A stretch of 64,000 bases of DNA from Camelus ferus (Eukaryota), in contig NC_045696.1 in the NCBI RefSeq assembly GCF_009834535.1, positions 78,060,001 through 78,124,000 on the forward strand. Reading direction: 5' to 3'. A model generated the notes under the pieces. It made no database searches. It had not been told where the DNA came from and saw only the letters and a program-made list of their open reading frames with translations. Positions 39,018 through 51,204 of the stretch are shown here, piece by piece. The number at the start of each line of letters is the position of its first letter. Positions within the stretch are counted from its first letter, which is position 1. A program made the translations under genes and the position numbers.

Positions 39018-39969
39018 TGACTTATGACTTCACCAACATTTAAGTACTTCCATGATTCTGTAGTACAGCTTGTTTTTGTTTTGTATGAAACAAATACAGT
39101 TTAAACACTTATAACTGATAAGATAAATGTAAAAAACCCTCAGAGATATGGTTACATAGGAATATAAACAATCCAGGGGGCCAGGGGATTATTAAAGACT
39201 TCTATCCTGAGGAAACAGAGTCACAAGTTACAGTTCCATGTCTTTTCCATATCACGTCAAGCAATAATGAATGTCTGTCAGAGAAAATTGAAAAGCAAAT
39301 AGATGGGGATGATTCCAAGGACCCACTCAAGCTTCTGGGGCTTTGTTGTTGCCCTGTATTTTGGACATGATTTTGTTTATGGAAGGAGATAACTGTGCTA
39401 TACTTGAATTAACTGGGATAAAGAAGAACCTGGAAATGTGTGGGGCTTATGCAGGGTTGGAAACGTAAGAGAAAATATGGGGGGTGATTTTAGACTCTTG
39501 CCTTGAGACCAAAGCTTTCTGAACCAAAGACAGAATGCTAGCAGTGCCCCTTTATTTCTGTTAATACACAGATGCATTTCCATTATTGCCTATTAGACAT
39601 AGTGTATACTAACCAAATCAACTCACACGAGTCCTTTGCTAGAAATACTGCAGACATTTAATATTATGTTAAGTTTTAATTAATGAAAAGGCTTTTCAAG
39701 GTGGTGCTGCTTATATGAAGTTCTTCTGCTAAAAGTCAGAGAATGTTTCAACTCTGAACAAAATCAATGTCAAAGCATCAGTTAACGGCCCCTCCTATGC
39801 CAGCCCCTCAAAATTAAAAAAAATTAGGAACAACCATGTATTTCTGTAATGTAACTTTCAATAATTTCAATTACATTAATCAGCATTAATAGTAAGTTAG
39901 ATTCTTAAAAAAAATCTATGCCAATAATTAACAAATATTTCATTCATACAAAATAAGGAAATCTACAGT

Positions 39970-41805
39970 TTTATAAAACACTGAATGTGACTTAAAGAAA
40001 TGGAAAGATATCCCATGTTCTTGGATTGGAATAATTAATATTGTTAGAATGGCCATACTACCTCAAGCAATCTACAGATTTAATGTGATCTCTATCAAAT
40101 TGCCAAGACATTTTTCACAGAACTAGAACAAATAATTCTAAAATTTATATGGAATCACAAAAGATCCAGAATTGCCAAAGCAACAATGAAGAAAAAGAAT
40201 GAAGCTGGAAGAATAACCCTCCTAGACTTCAGACAATACTACAGAGCTACAGTAATCAAAACAGTATGGTATTGGTACAAAAACAGACATATGGGTCAAT
40301 GGAACAGAATAGAGAGCCCAGAAATGAACCCACAGACTTTTGGTCAATTAATATTTGACAAAGGAGTCAATAACATACAATGGAGTAAAGACAGTCTTTT
40401 CAGCAAATGGTATTGGGATAACTGGCCAGCTGCATGTAAATCAATGAAGTTAGAATACTACCTCACGCCATACACAGAGATAAACTTAAAACAGCTTAAA
40501 GACTTAAACAAGACAAGACACTGTAAATCTCTTAGAAGAAAACATTTGGCAAAAAATTATTTGATATAAATCTTAGCAATGTTCTCCTAGGGCAATCTAC
40601 CCAGGTAATAGAAATAAAAGTAAAAATAAACAAATGGGCCCTAATTAAACTTACAAGCTTTTGCACAGAAAAGGGAACCATAAGCAAAATGAAAAAACCT
40701 ATAGAATGGAAGAAAATATTTGCAAAAGATGAAACTGACAAGGGCTTAATTTCCAGAATGTGTAAACAGCTCATATAGCTTAATAAAGAAAAAACAAACA
40801 ACCCAATCCAAAAATGGACAGAAGACCTAAACAAGCAATTCTCCAATGAAGACATACAAATGGCCAATAGGCACATGAAAAAATGCTCAATAATCGTTAA
40901 TTATCAGAGAAATGCAAATCAAAACTATAATGAGGTCTCACCTCACACCAGTCAGAATGAGCATCATTCAAAAATCCACAAATGATAAATGCTCAGAAGG
41001 GTGTGGAGAAAAGGGAACACTGTTGGTGGAAATGTAGTTTGGTGCAGCCGCTATGGAAAACAGTATGGAGATTCCTCAAAAGACTAAAAAGAGACTTACC
41101 ATTTGATCTAGCAATCCCACTCCTAGGCATAGATCCAGAGGGGACTTTAATTCAAAAAGACACCTGAATCCCAATGTTCAAAGCAGCACTATTTATAATA
41201 AGCCAAGACAGGGAAGCAACTTAAATGTTCATCAATAGACCACTGGATAAAGAAGATGTGGTATATTTATACAATGGAATACTACTCAGCCATAAAAAAG
41301 AATAAAATAATGCCATTTGCAGGAACATGGATGGATCTGGTGGTTGTCATTCTAAGTGAAATAAGCCAGAAAGAGAAAGAAAAATACCATATGATATCAC
41401 TTATATATGGAATCTAAAAAAAAAAAAAAAGACAAACTTATTTACAAAACAGAAACATACTGATGGACATAGAAAACAAACTTACGGTTACTGGGAGGTG
41501 GAAGGTAAGGGAGGGAAGGGATAAATTGGGAGTTTGAGATTTGCAGATACTAATATATATATAAACTAGATAAATAATAAATTCATACTGTATAGCACAG
41601 GGAACTATATTCAATATTTTGTATTAACTTATGGTGAAAAACAATATGAAAATGAATATATATATATATGTTGATGTAAGGCTGAGATACTGTGTTGCAC
41701 ACCAGAAACTGACACAACACTGTAAACTGACTATACTTCAATAAATATATATATATATTGTATATATATATATATATATACACACACACATATATATATA
41801 CACAA
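39970..41805 (+). mobile_element. LINE-1, 5'-truncated ~1.8 kb (ORF2 3' part plus 3' UTR), non-functional
   Basis: ORF 40186-40569 ([33 protein letters not shown]...QWNRIESPE) and ORF 40982-41167 are L1 ORF2 pieces broken by frameshifts. AATAAA at ~41740 is followed by a TA/CA tail. Confidence 0.96.
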
Positions 41806-41934
41806 AAAATGATACTTTTAAATGGAGGTGGAAAAATTTGCCTATATAAAGGAAGCTAGTAACCAATTAAAAACTATGTATCTAAATGCTATATTGTCCT
41901 TATCATGGGCTAAGCTCTATCCTCCAAAATTTAC

Positions 41935-42110
41935 ATATATTAAGTAATTTAATTCTTGCAACAAGCTTATAAAATTGGAACTATTATTATCCCCACTACA
42001 GAGATGAGAAAACTCAACCCTAGATGCTTACTTCGCAGTGGATAATTGGGGAGCTGAGATTTGAAACTAATCCATGAAGCTCTAGAAGCCAGACACTTAA
42101 CCACAATGCC
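41935..42110 (-). mobile_element. MIR SINE
   Basis: tttaattcttgcaacaagc...ctattattatccccactacagagatgagaaaactca...gagctgagatttgaaact. Confidence 0.75.
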
Positions 42111-42644
42111 AAAAACTCAGCACACCAAAACCCAGCAAACCCCAAAAGAGTAAAGCAGTAACTCACAACTGGTCCCTCGTTTGTATATTTTCCATTAAGA
42201 AAACAGAAACACTGCATTTCAGATCTTAAATGTGTGGATAATCACATCAATTCTCCACTTCCTTTCCTGTGAGCATACAGTCTCAAACACAACTGCCTCC
42301 ACTTCTGTTCTTTCTGTCCATATCGATCTATTAAAATGTGCCTCTTCAGAACCAAAGAATGAAATGAACTTGCACTACATGGACAAGGCAAAACGTCAAT
42401 GACTCAGTCACACATTCAACACTTAGGAATTAAATTTTTCTAGTGTGTTTTCACTTTTAAAATATGACAAGAAAAGGGTCAGGCAATTCAAATCTTCCTT
42501 CCCCTTCCCTGGCAGCTCCACACTGAGAACACTGAACGGCTACTTTTGTATGTCGCATTCTTGCCAGTTAGTTCAATTTAGATGAAAGCTGTTGTTTCCT
42601 AATTCCATTTCACTGTAAATGACAGAGACAAATGGTCATATTAC

Positions 42645-42918
42645 CTCGAGAGTTCCTTTGGCAGAATAGGCAGCATATGAGTAGAGCGGATCTTGGCTGC
42701 TGTGTTTCCTGGCTTCTTGGCTGCAAGGCTGGCCATTAGGATGAAAGCATTGGCCACTGCTTCTCAGAGTCACAGAGCTGGGAGAAGGGCCTGGCAGATT
42801 AAGCAGCACAGAGTAATTTACAAACTGTACATCTTCTAGGCCCAAAGAAGTCCACTGAGTCTTAATCTTCTTTGAAATTTCCATGTCATCTTCACTTTTA
42901 TATAGTTGTACCAAATTT
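42645..42918 (-). CDS. NAALADL2: NAALADL2 internal coding exon (274 nt; probably equivalent to human coding exon 3)
   Basis: Translates as (R)NLVQLYKSEDDMEISKKIKTQWTSLGLEDVQFVNYSVLLNLPGPSPSSVTLRSSGQCFHPNGQPCSQEARKHSSQDPLYSYAAYSAKGTLE, which I recognise as NAALADL2. Minus-strand acceptor is ...tttctttcAG (AG at 42920-42919) and donor is GAG|GTAATA (GT at 42644-42643). The exon is 1 nt plus 91 codons, so phase 2 in and phase 0 out. Confidence 0.96.
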
Positions 42919-44001
42919 CTGAAAGAAATTTAAAAAGTATGCTCTAAAAAATGGGAAAATCTTTATTCTTTTGAGTTATGATTGTTCAGTATATGAATTA
43001 TTATTAATAGATGTCGGATATGAAAGATGAATGAGACAGGACATTACATAAGAAACTCAGAGTTTGGTAGAGGTGATGAGCTTGTAAGGAAATTATATAA
43101 AATCAAAGCAGAATGAATTAAATTCTTAAATTAAGAACTAATAAAGCACTGTGGGACTACAGAGCAGAGAGCAATTGATGCCAACCAGTTCTTTCATTGG
43201 TTCTGGTCCTTCTATTGACATCAACATAATCCGTTTAAAACCCAGCTCCAAAACTAGGAGTCATGCTGACTGAGACAAGATTACATATACGGCGATGTGA
43301 TTAATTCATAGCCACTGCTATTTAAAATGATTCAGAGAGATTTCTTTTCTCCTCTAGCCAGTTAACAGATGGGCGTAAGTCCACCAGTGAGTGGGCAAGA
43401 CTTTTATTCTGCCGTTTCTTTTATTAGTCTCAGGTTCAAAATGTTTTATGATGTAAGCAACACAACAAAACATTAAATGTTTCAAAATGTGTATGTTATA
43501 CAACACGACCTCAAAAGATAAATAAAATACTTCTGTAGGGGCTCTAGTGAAGAATTAGTAATTTGTTCCAATGCTGAAAAATTTCTAAATATTATCCAGT
43601 GCTAAGCTAACATTACTGAGTAAAGGATCTGTGTATTCTCTATTTCACTTTCAATTTAAACAATATGTCCTTTTTGTATTACAACTTCTTTTTTTAATGC
43701 TATGAAAAACTGAATAAAGAATGTATAACATATAAAAATTATGAAGAATAATGGAAGAATGACCCAGCCTAGTAAGCATAACACCTCCAATACTATTGAA
43801 AGCCCCTAGATACTCTATTCCATCACTCACTCTGGCCCCAGGATAATCACCAATCTGGTTTTTTTGGGGGGGGTGGGGGGGGCGGTTCTTCTTGTCTTTT
43901 TTATAGATTTAATATATATGCATGTATAAGTCCTTAATAATTCATTCCTTAGGCTTTATGGATTTTTACCTTTATACAATTGGTATCTTATATACGTATT
44001 C

Positions 44002-44214
44002 TTTTTTTTTTTTTTTTTTTACATATACTGACATACGACATTATGTAAGTTTAAAGCACATAACATCATGATTTGATACTTATATATTGCAAATGATTAC
44101 CATCATAGCATTAGCTAATTCCTTCATCACATAACTATCATTATTTTCTGTGGTGAAAATATTAACAATCTACTCTCTTAGCAACTTACGATATGATGAT
44201 TATAGTAAATATTT
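44002..44214 (-). mobile_element. Short L1MA-like 3' UTR insertion with poly-T tail and 10-bp TSD
   Basis: GTATTCTTTT occurs at 43996-44005 and 44215-44224. The body (catgatttgatac...tctactctcttagcaact) is homologous to 2220-2390. Confidence 0.8.
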
Positions 44215-44735
44215 GTATTCTTTTGTGATTTCTTTACTCAGGATTATATTTCTGAGATTCCTCTAGGTATATTTATCAATTTCCTAAGATAAGTATTTTT
44301 AAATTACTTTGTTTTTTATGATTGCAAACAATGATGCATTGATCATTCTTATCCATGTTTCCTAGAAGACATATGTCAGAATTTCTCTAGGGAAGGAATT
44401 ACTGCTCCATAGGGTATGTGCTTGTGTAACTTTAATCATAAATGCCAAAATGCTTCTTTAAAAGGTTCTGATTATACTCCTGCCAGCTCTGCATGAATTA
44501 TTCCTCCATTCCTCACCAATAGCTGGTGCTGTTCAGTATTTTATTTTACTTTATATTCTTACCAAGGGTAGTGGGTATTAAATTGTGTACCATTATTTGT
44601 TTAACTCACAAATACTGTCACTGGGTTGCAAGGTATGCTGAATAGTTTTCCAAAGTTTTCTGTACTACCGGCATTATTTAAAAGGTCCTATTTTCAGAGT
44701 ACCTAATTTTTGCAGTCCAAAAAAGGTAAAATTGT

Positions 44736-44875
44736 GGGGGAAGAGTATAGCTCAAGTGGTAGAGTGCATGTTCAGTAACCAAGAGGTCAGGGGTTCAAAC
44801 TCCAGTACCTCCTCCAAGAAGAGATCAATGAAGAAACCTAATTACCTACCCTTCAAAAAACAAACAAACAAGCCA
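44736..44875 (+). mobile_element. tRNA-derived SINE, camelid Vic-1-like
   Basis: Pol III A box TAGCTCAAGTGG (44748-44759), B box GGTTCAAACTCC (44792-44803), then cagtacctcctcc...aaacctaattacct and an A-rich tail. A degenerate TSD is present: aaaaggtaaaattgt / aatgggtacaactgt (11/15 identical). Confidence 0.88.
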
Positions 44876-46531
44876 AAATGGGTACAACTGTGTCCCACTG
44901 TGGGTTTAATTTGCATTTCCATGATGACTAATAAAGAGCTTTTCATGTATTATTTAGCCCTCCATGTTCCCTTTCCATGCAGTGACTGACTGTGTCCATT
45001 CACCACATTCATGGAAGTCTTTATATAGTCTGGATAATTTTTCTTTTAGCTCATATATATTCTACTTATCTTCTCCAGTTTTTGGCTTCTCTTTCATTTT
45101 CAATGTCATGTTTTAGGGTGATTAAAAGTTTATAATCTGAATGCCCATGGTTTTCAATATAATGGTTTGCATTTTTCTGATGTGCTTACAAAATCCTTCT
45201 GAAATGTGAAGTAATGAAGTTATTCTCATAACAGTTTTAAAGAATTCAGTTTTTCACATTTCAGTGTCTACCCAGAATGGGGGTGTGTGGGTGTGTGTGT
45301 GTGTGAGGTAGGAATGCATGGAATATTACTTTTTTTTTTTTTCTGAATCACCCTAGTTCCCTTTGTCACATTCTTCATTCATGTGCAATGACAGTTGTCA
45401 TATATAAATTTCTATATGTGTGTGGGTCTGACTGGGCTCCTTAATCAATTCCATTAGACTTTTGATCCATATCCACAATGATACTCTATTTTCATTACTA
45501 TTACCACAGAATATGCCTTAATATTCAGAATGGCAAGCCCTCCTATTTGTTCTTCCTCAAGAACATCTTCATTATTTTTTTCACCTCTGTATTCACTTTC
45601 TCGATCTGTTCTTTCGGAGAACTTGAATATAATAATTTTTGAAAAATAGGTATTATTCTTAAACTACAAATTGTCTGTACTTGACGTTCTTATTATGGGA
45701 GAACTATGAACTGCCGAGTCAATGTCTTTAATGCTGTAATAATTTTTATTAGTTCTTCTTTGAATAACAGCTCTTTCCCTGCTTTCTGTGTCACTTGCTA
45801 TTAATCCTTAAAGTTCTAGCTTTGCGGTTTCACCACTTGCCACAGTACTTTATTCCAAGTTTTGTTTCCCTTGCTGATTTCTCTCTGTCCTGTCTGCTCG
45901 GAATACCAGTGCTTTAATGGAGATGTGTGATACTGTATGCATCCTCTATGTGTTTTTCATAATATCTACTTAAAAATACCAAAAACAGAAGTGCACCAAA
46001 TTGAGCACCTAACTCCTTATATAGGTAAAACGTGATTTCTCTGTAAGTTCTGACTGCTATTCCCACATCTAAGATGGAAAAAAATCTGGATAAGCAGCTA
46101 AGAATTATGACTCAAGTTCCTGCTTCTCCTATGGACTTACATTGTAGGTATTTGTTCAAAATTTATTTATATATCATTTTAGACATTATCTCTACCTGAT
46201 AGAGATCATCTTATTAAATCTTGTATAATAAGGTGGTTGACTGGATGGAAGGGGACATGTACTATAGTAGTCTGAAGAATAAAACTATTTCAACAAAAAT
46301 GCATCCTAAAAGATATTAAAGCTTTGGTATACACATGGCTATAAAATACTGGTCTTTAAAAATGTTGGAGGAAACATAATTTCTTAATAAATATTGCCTA
46401 ACATTCCACATAATTAATAATCACCAGTTCAAGCCCAGTCTTCCTAAGATTACGTTTTAATTCTGCTGCCTTTAAAACTGTAGTTTAAATTTATCCAATT
46501 GTTTACTTCAGTCTTACCTCTTGCACTCCCC

Positions 46532-46562
<31 letters not shown>

Positions 46563-49500
46563 CAAACTAAAGAAGCTATATGAGTTCTATGGTCTGAAAT
46601 TATGTATCCTTTAAATCTAAATTATTTTGAAGAAATCAGTTTTATTGATACAAATGGTTTGGTCAAGTGATTCTATTCATTAATCACTTTGAATTACTAA
46701 GAATATTAAAATGTCTAAATTTGAGAATTTCTAGTTTTCTGACCTTTTTTCCCCTCAGTACTTTGGGATTTATGGTGAACAATTCTGCTATAATGAGGCA
46801 GTTTGCTATATTCAAAGAGAAATGTTATGAAATAATTAACTGCAGTATAATCTCAATTTACTAATTTCAAAAAAAAGCTGCAAAACTAGGAGTATGTCAC
46901 CTAAAATCACCAAGTATTTGACCAAAAGTTTTGCTCTGCCTTAATTTTTAGAACAGGAGATTGCATGGGCCAGTAGTTTTGGCAGGAAGCAAAATGAACT
47001 GTCATGCCTGAGACTTGAATTTGGAAGTAACTTTGGCATTAGTGTTTCATTGGCCAGTAGAGACTGGAAATGGGAGGATTTTGGCTTTTGTAGACAAAAT
47101 TCTGTTTCTATCAGTGTTCAACACCTGCTACTGGATGAGCCACAGAACAGCACTGGTGTTAGAACTGGAGGAAGCGACGCATGTGGTATTCCAAGCACTA
47201 GAGTGAGTGCCAAGATTACACTGTAAATGAACGAGGAAAGCAAGCACCTAAAGAAACACACAAGCATTACACAGAAAACAAACAGCACGCTTAGTAAGGG
47301 CCACTGAGATTTTCTTGTGTGTGTATACAATAACCTACACACACACCCCTACCATACCAGTGGATATTTCTCACATATTGAAAAGTCAAAAGTTTATTAA
47401 GGTTGTTATTTGATTTGGTATTCAATGTAGTTAATAAAATTATTTGAATCATGTGTTATATGTATAGTAAATTGAAAGACTCTATAGTGTGAACTGACTT
47501 CTCATCTCTTAATTTTGTTTTAGAAACAGTAAGACTGAAATGCATGGTAAAACTTTATCACACACGATAGCAAGAAATTAAATGGTTAGGAGGGAAAGGC
47601 AACATCACCTCATCTTCCCTGCCAGGCAGTCATTATTACCATGCCAACTGAAAGCATACTTATTCAACTACTTCCTTCCTTCTAAAGTAACATACTAACA
47701 GCAAATCATGTATTGAACCTCTACCACAGAGCCTGAAAACATTGTGCGTAATGGTCTTATAGAAAGAGTCTCATGTAATGACTGTTACCATTCTAGAGAT
47801 AAGAAATTTTAGGGTTAGGTAATGTAATCAAGATGTAAAATGTCCCAGATTAAATAGGTCAGATTTCTACTCCACTACTTTGTACTTTAGATTTCCACTC
47901 TATGGCACTGCTGTTTAGAAGGAGCAGTCTTCCAAACTTAGATGCTTTCCAAGAGCAATAAAAATGTTGAATGTTATAAAGCACAGAACCGGGGTAAAAT
48001 AAGAAAAAAATAGATGATGTGAGGTTAGAGGAAAGCAATCCTTATGCTCATGGAAAAATAAGACTTAGGGAAATCTAAGTAAGTTTTCAAGAATACAATA
48101 GCTCAAACCACAGAGTTTGAGAACCACCAGACCGAGAAGAGAAAACTGCTCCTTACCTACTTCATTTAAAAAAAAAAAAAAAAAAAAAGTAGCACAGAGG
48201 TAGATTAACCTAAAGAGATCTTAATAGCTGCCTCTCCTTGTGATCAAAGAAAATATGATGCACAGTCGTCTGCACTTGCAAGTTACAGAAAGCATGCGGA
48301 TGGGCGTGCTGATCTCCAGCTAAGTCTCCTGCATAAAGCTGGTACTCCAACAAAACTTGATTCATTAACTTGGTATTACTTTTAACCTTATATTATACTA
48401 TTACTTATAACTTTATATTATATTATATTATACAAACAGTAAAATAAACTTGACTAAATGCCAGGTCATGCAGAAATAAAATGAACTGCCAATATATCTG
48501 TTACTACCTGAATCAGACCAAAAAAGAAACAAACAAACAAACTCAAGACTCAAGTGATGCAACTCAATTTTTTTCATCCTTGCTCATGTTAGTACAGGAG
48601 TAGTTTCATCCTGGTTAATAAGGAGTGCACATTTGGATTGCAGGAAAAAAATACAGTAGTATGTTATGATGAAGCATTTAAAAATATATTTTAGAAAGAA
48701 GAAATGTGACTGAACAAAATGAAGGTTAATACAATTCATGGAGGCTAATAAGCTTTTATAGAATGTACCAGTCCTGAACATAACGTTATACTTACTGTTA
48801 ATAATACCTGAGATCTTTTCTCCGTTTTTCAGGGAAAATAGTCGTCAAAGGTCACTTTCTGATTAAGTCACCTTAATCATCTAAACTAAACCTCAAAGTT
48901 GATTCACAAAATGGACAAGTTAATCCAATCAGTAAGAAGTAAGTCTTCAATTTCATCTGCTTGATTCTCTAATGCAATGACATAAACTTAGATGGTACCG
49001 AAACTTACATGGTTTCTTGTTTTAAATAGTCACTACCCTATGATCCAATGAATAAATATTGGGAGAAGCATACTCCATTTCAGTAAGATCCTAACAAAAA
49101 TTATTTATTTTCATACTTCAGAACAAGCATATTTACTGAGAATCTTTTAAAGTACCTAAAACACTAACATGATTCCCTTTTCTTGGCATTAACACAAAAT
49201 TATTAATGTATTTTACTAATCTTAAAAAGTAAACTTTTTAAGAACAAATCTTTTAATATATCCTGAAATTCCAACTAGTTTCTTGTGCCTAGTAAATGGG
49301 AATCACAGCAAATAATCAGTAAATACTTTTTATTAATTATACTGTTAAGACCATATTAAAAATATAATTTTAACATGATACATACTTATTTCAGTTTATT
49401 TTTAATATAGCAAATTAAATCTAGAGTAGTCCTGCAAGGCTGACTAAAACAAAAGTAATTTTATATAATGAGAGGAATCAATATATTTTAAAAATAATTT

Positions 49501-50204
49501 TTAGATATTGTCTTTCTGTGACACTGCAAATAGATTAAAGCTACTGTCAGAACAATGAATTATAATGTTTATCTCAAGACAACAATCAAAATCAGCAAGA
49601 ATTTAAGTGTTTCTCATCAATTGTTAATCAAGACTACCTTCCTTCACAGGCAGATTCATTTCAGCACTCGAGAGTGAAATCTTCTCTATTAAGTCATACC
49701 CATTACATGACAAGTTGCATAAATAATGAGAAAAACAACTGTTAATACACCTAACTTTATGAAATGCATTCAAATCAATCTGTAGAGATGTCTGGTCATT
49801 GGAAGTCATGACAGTATGGAAAAAAAAAATGGAAAATGAAAAGTAAATGTTAAAATGATAGAAAACGAGTTTTGACAAGAAAAGCATATTGCACGTTGAG
49901 ATATTTGAATAAGCTGTCATTTAAGAGCTCCATCTCTATTGTATACATGAAGAAAAAAAACAAAAAGGCTTTTGCTAGACGAGAAATGAGCAGCATTGAT
50001 GTTGATATATTTCTGACATACACTATTCCTAGTGGGCCAGAACCTCATCTACTGAATCTCATAAATAACCCAGGATAATTGGACAACACTGTCAATAGAA
50101 GATTGGTAGATGGTAAGTGGGTAGGGTTGGGGGTGGGAGAGATGGGAGCTTTGGGAGGAGCTGGATCTAGAATAGAAAGATTGTCAATTATGGATTCAGG
50201 AAAA

Positions 50205-50395
50205 GGGGGCTTACATTTCTGGTCTTCACATATAAACTAGATGACCTTGTGCATATCACTATATTTTTCAATTTAGTTTCCATATTGTAATGTGTTGAAC
50301 AATAATATGCTATGTTTTTTTCTGAGAGCATTAAGTGAGATAACATACGCAAAGTGCTCAGCACAATCTCTAGCACCTCCAGGGACATAATAAAG
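50205..50395 (+). mobile_element. MIR SINE
   Basis: gatgaccttgtgca...tagtttccatattgtaa...gagagcattaagtgagataacatacgcaaagtgctcagcacaatc. Confidence 0.75.
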
Positions 50396-51204
50396 CTTAC
50401 TTTGCTTTCTCTCCTCCTTTCCTAGATGAGCCATCCCATGTACTAAAACAAGAAGAACAGCATCTACGTTAGTATAAGGACTGCATCAGAATATACACAT
50501 GGACTTAATTTGATTCATGGTTGGAAATACAAAACCCTATTGTTATCTTTCTCTTTTTCTGAGAGAGTTCATGATATTGGAATATATCGACACATATTTG
50601 AATTCCAGACGCTGGATTCATTTTGTAACATATTTTCTTTCTCCCCTATAGGTCATTAAAAGTTAAGGATAAGAGCACAATGACAAAGTTAAGTTTAGAA
50701 AGATCTCAGATTATTGATTACTTATTCTTCATAGAAAAATTAAAACCATCTCCCTTTAAAAGTATATTTTAAATTACATCAGCAATGTGTATTTACTGGA
50801 GGAAAAAAATAGAACACACAGATAAGCAAAACATTTAACAAAAGAACATGAGAGAATGATCTCAACAAGAAAACACTCTCCTGGTAATTAAAAAAACTGT
50901 TATTACCAGTTGGCAAAATTGGACTTGCAATTCAAACGTTTTTTAAAATAAATACCCTCAATAGTTACAGCCCTTATACAGTCACCACCACCCATGTTCT
51001 GAGCATTTGCTTTATGCTAACCACTGTTTTAGGTGGGTGACAATCATAAGCTCAAATCCTGCACACAAAATTTAAACTTACATTACAATTGGCCTAGAAA
51101 AAAAAAATTGAATCCCCAAGTTTTAAGAAAGGATATCTAGAAATTTGTCTCTGTGCCCTGGCCCTATCCAAATAGCTTTACCTCATGAGGCAACTTTCAT
51201 CATC

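Larger units (their letters stand above)
27766..42644 (-). other. NAALADL2: NAALADL2 GT-AG intron between the two exons (14,879 nt)
   Basis: Bounded by the donor and acceptor above. The protein is contiguous across the junction, so no further exon is needed. Confidence 0.9.
43690..45600 (-). mobile_element. Old, highly decayed L1 (L1MC/ME-like) hosting younger insertions
   Basis: Antisense L1 motifs are scattered throughout (agaatttctctaggg...ggaattactg; ggtttaatttgcatttccatgatgactaat; tatgtgtgtgggtctg; caagccctcctatttgttcttc). Boundaries are approximate. Confidence 0.65.

Noticed and set aside
40186..41167. L1 ORF2 ORFs as an active element or a new gene
   Set aside because: The element is 5'-truncated and frameshifted, and lacks ORF1 and the endonuclease.
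42636..42914. Treating the 92-aa ORF as a standalone gene
   Set aside because: The 'start' is an internal TTG (Leu) and the terminal VI* is intronic. It is an internal exon.
43866..43886. G-run (possible G-quadruplex)
   Set aside because: It is a short mononucleotide expansion inside a decayed L1, with nothing else suggesting function.
44736..44812. Possible tRNA gene
   Set aside because: The A and B boxes belong to a SINE head. The cloverleaf pairing is degenerate and a SINE tail and TSD follow.
47924..48128. Possible hAT MITE (cagtcttccaaact ... agtttgagaaccac)
   Set aside because: The ends resemble terminal inverted repeats, but the interior is unrecognisable and there is no TSD, so it is too weak to annotate.
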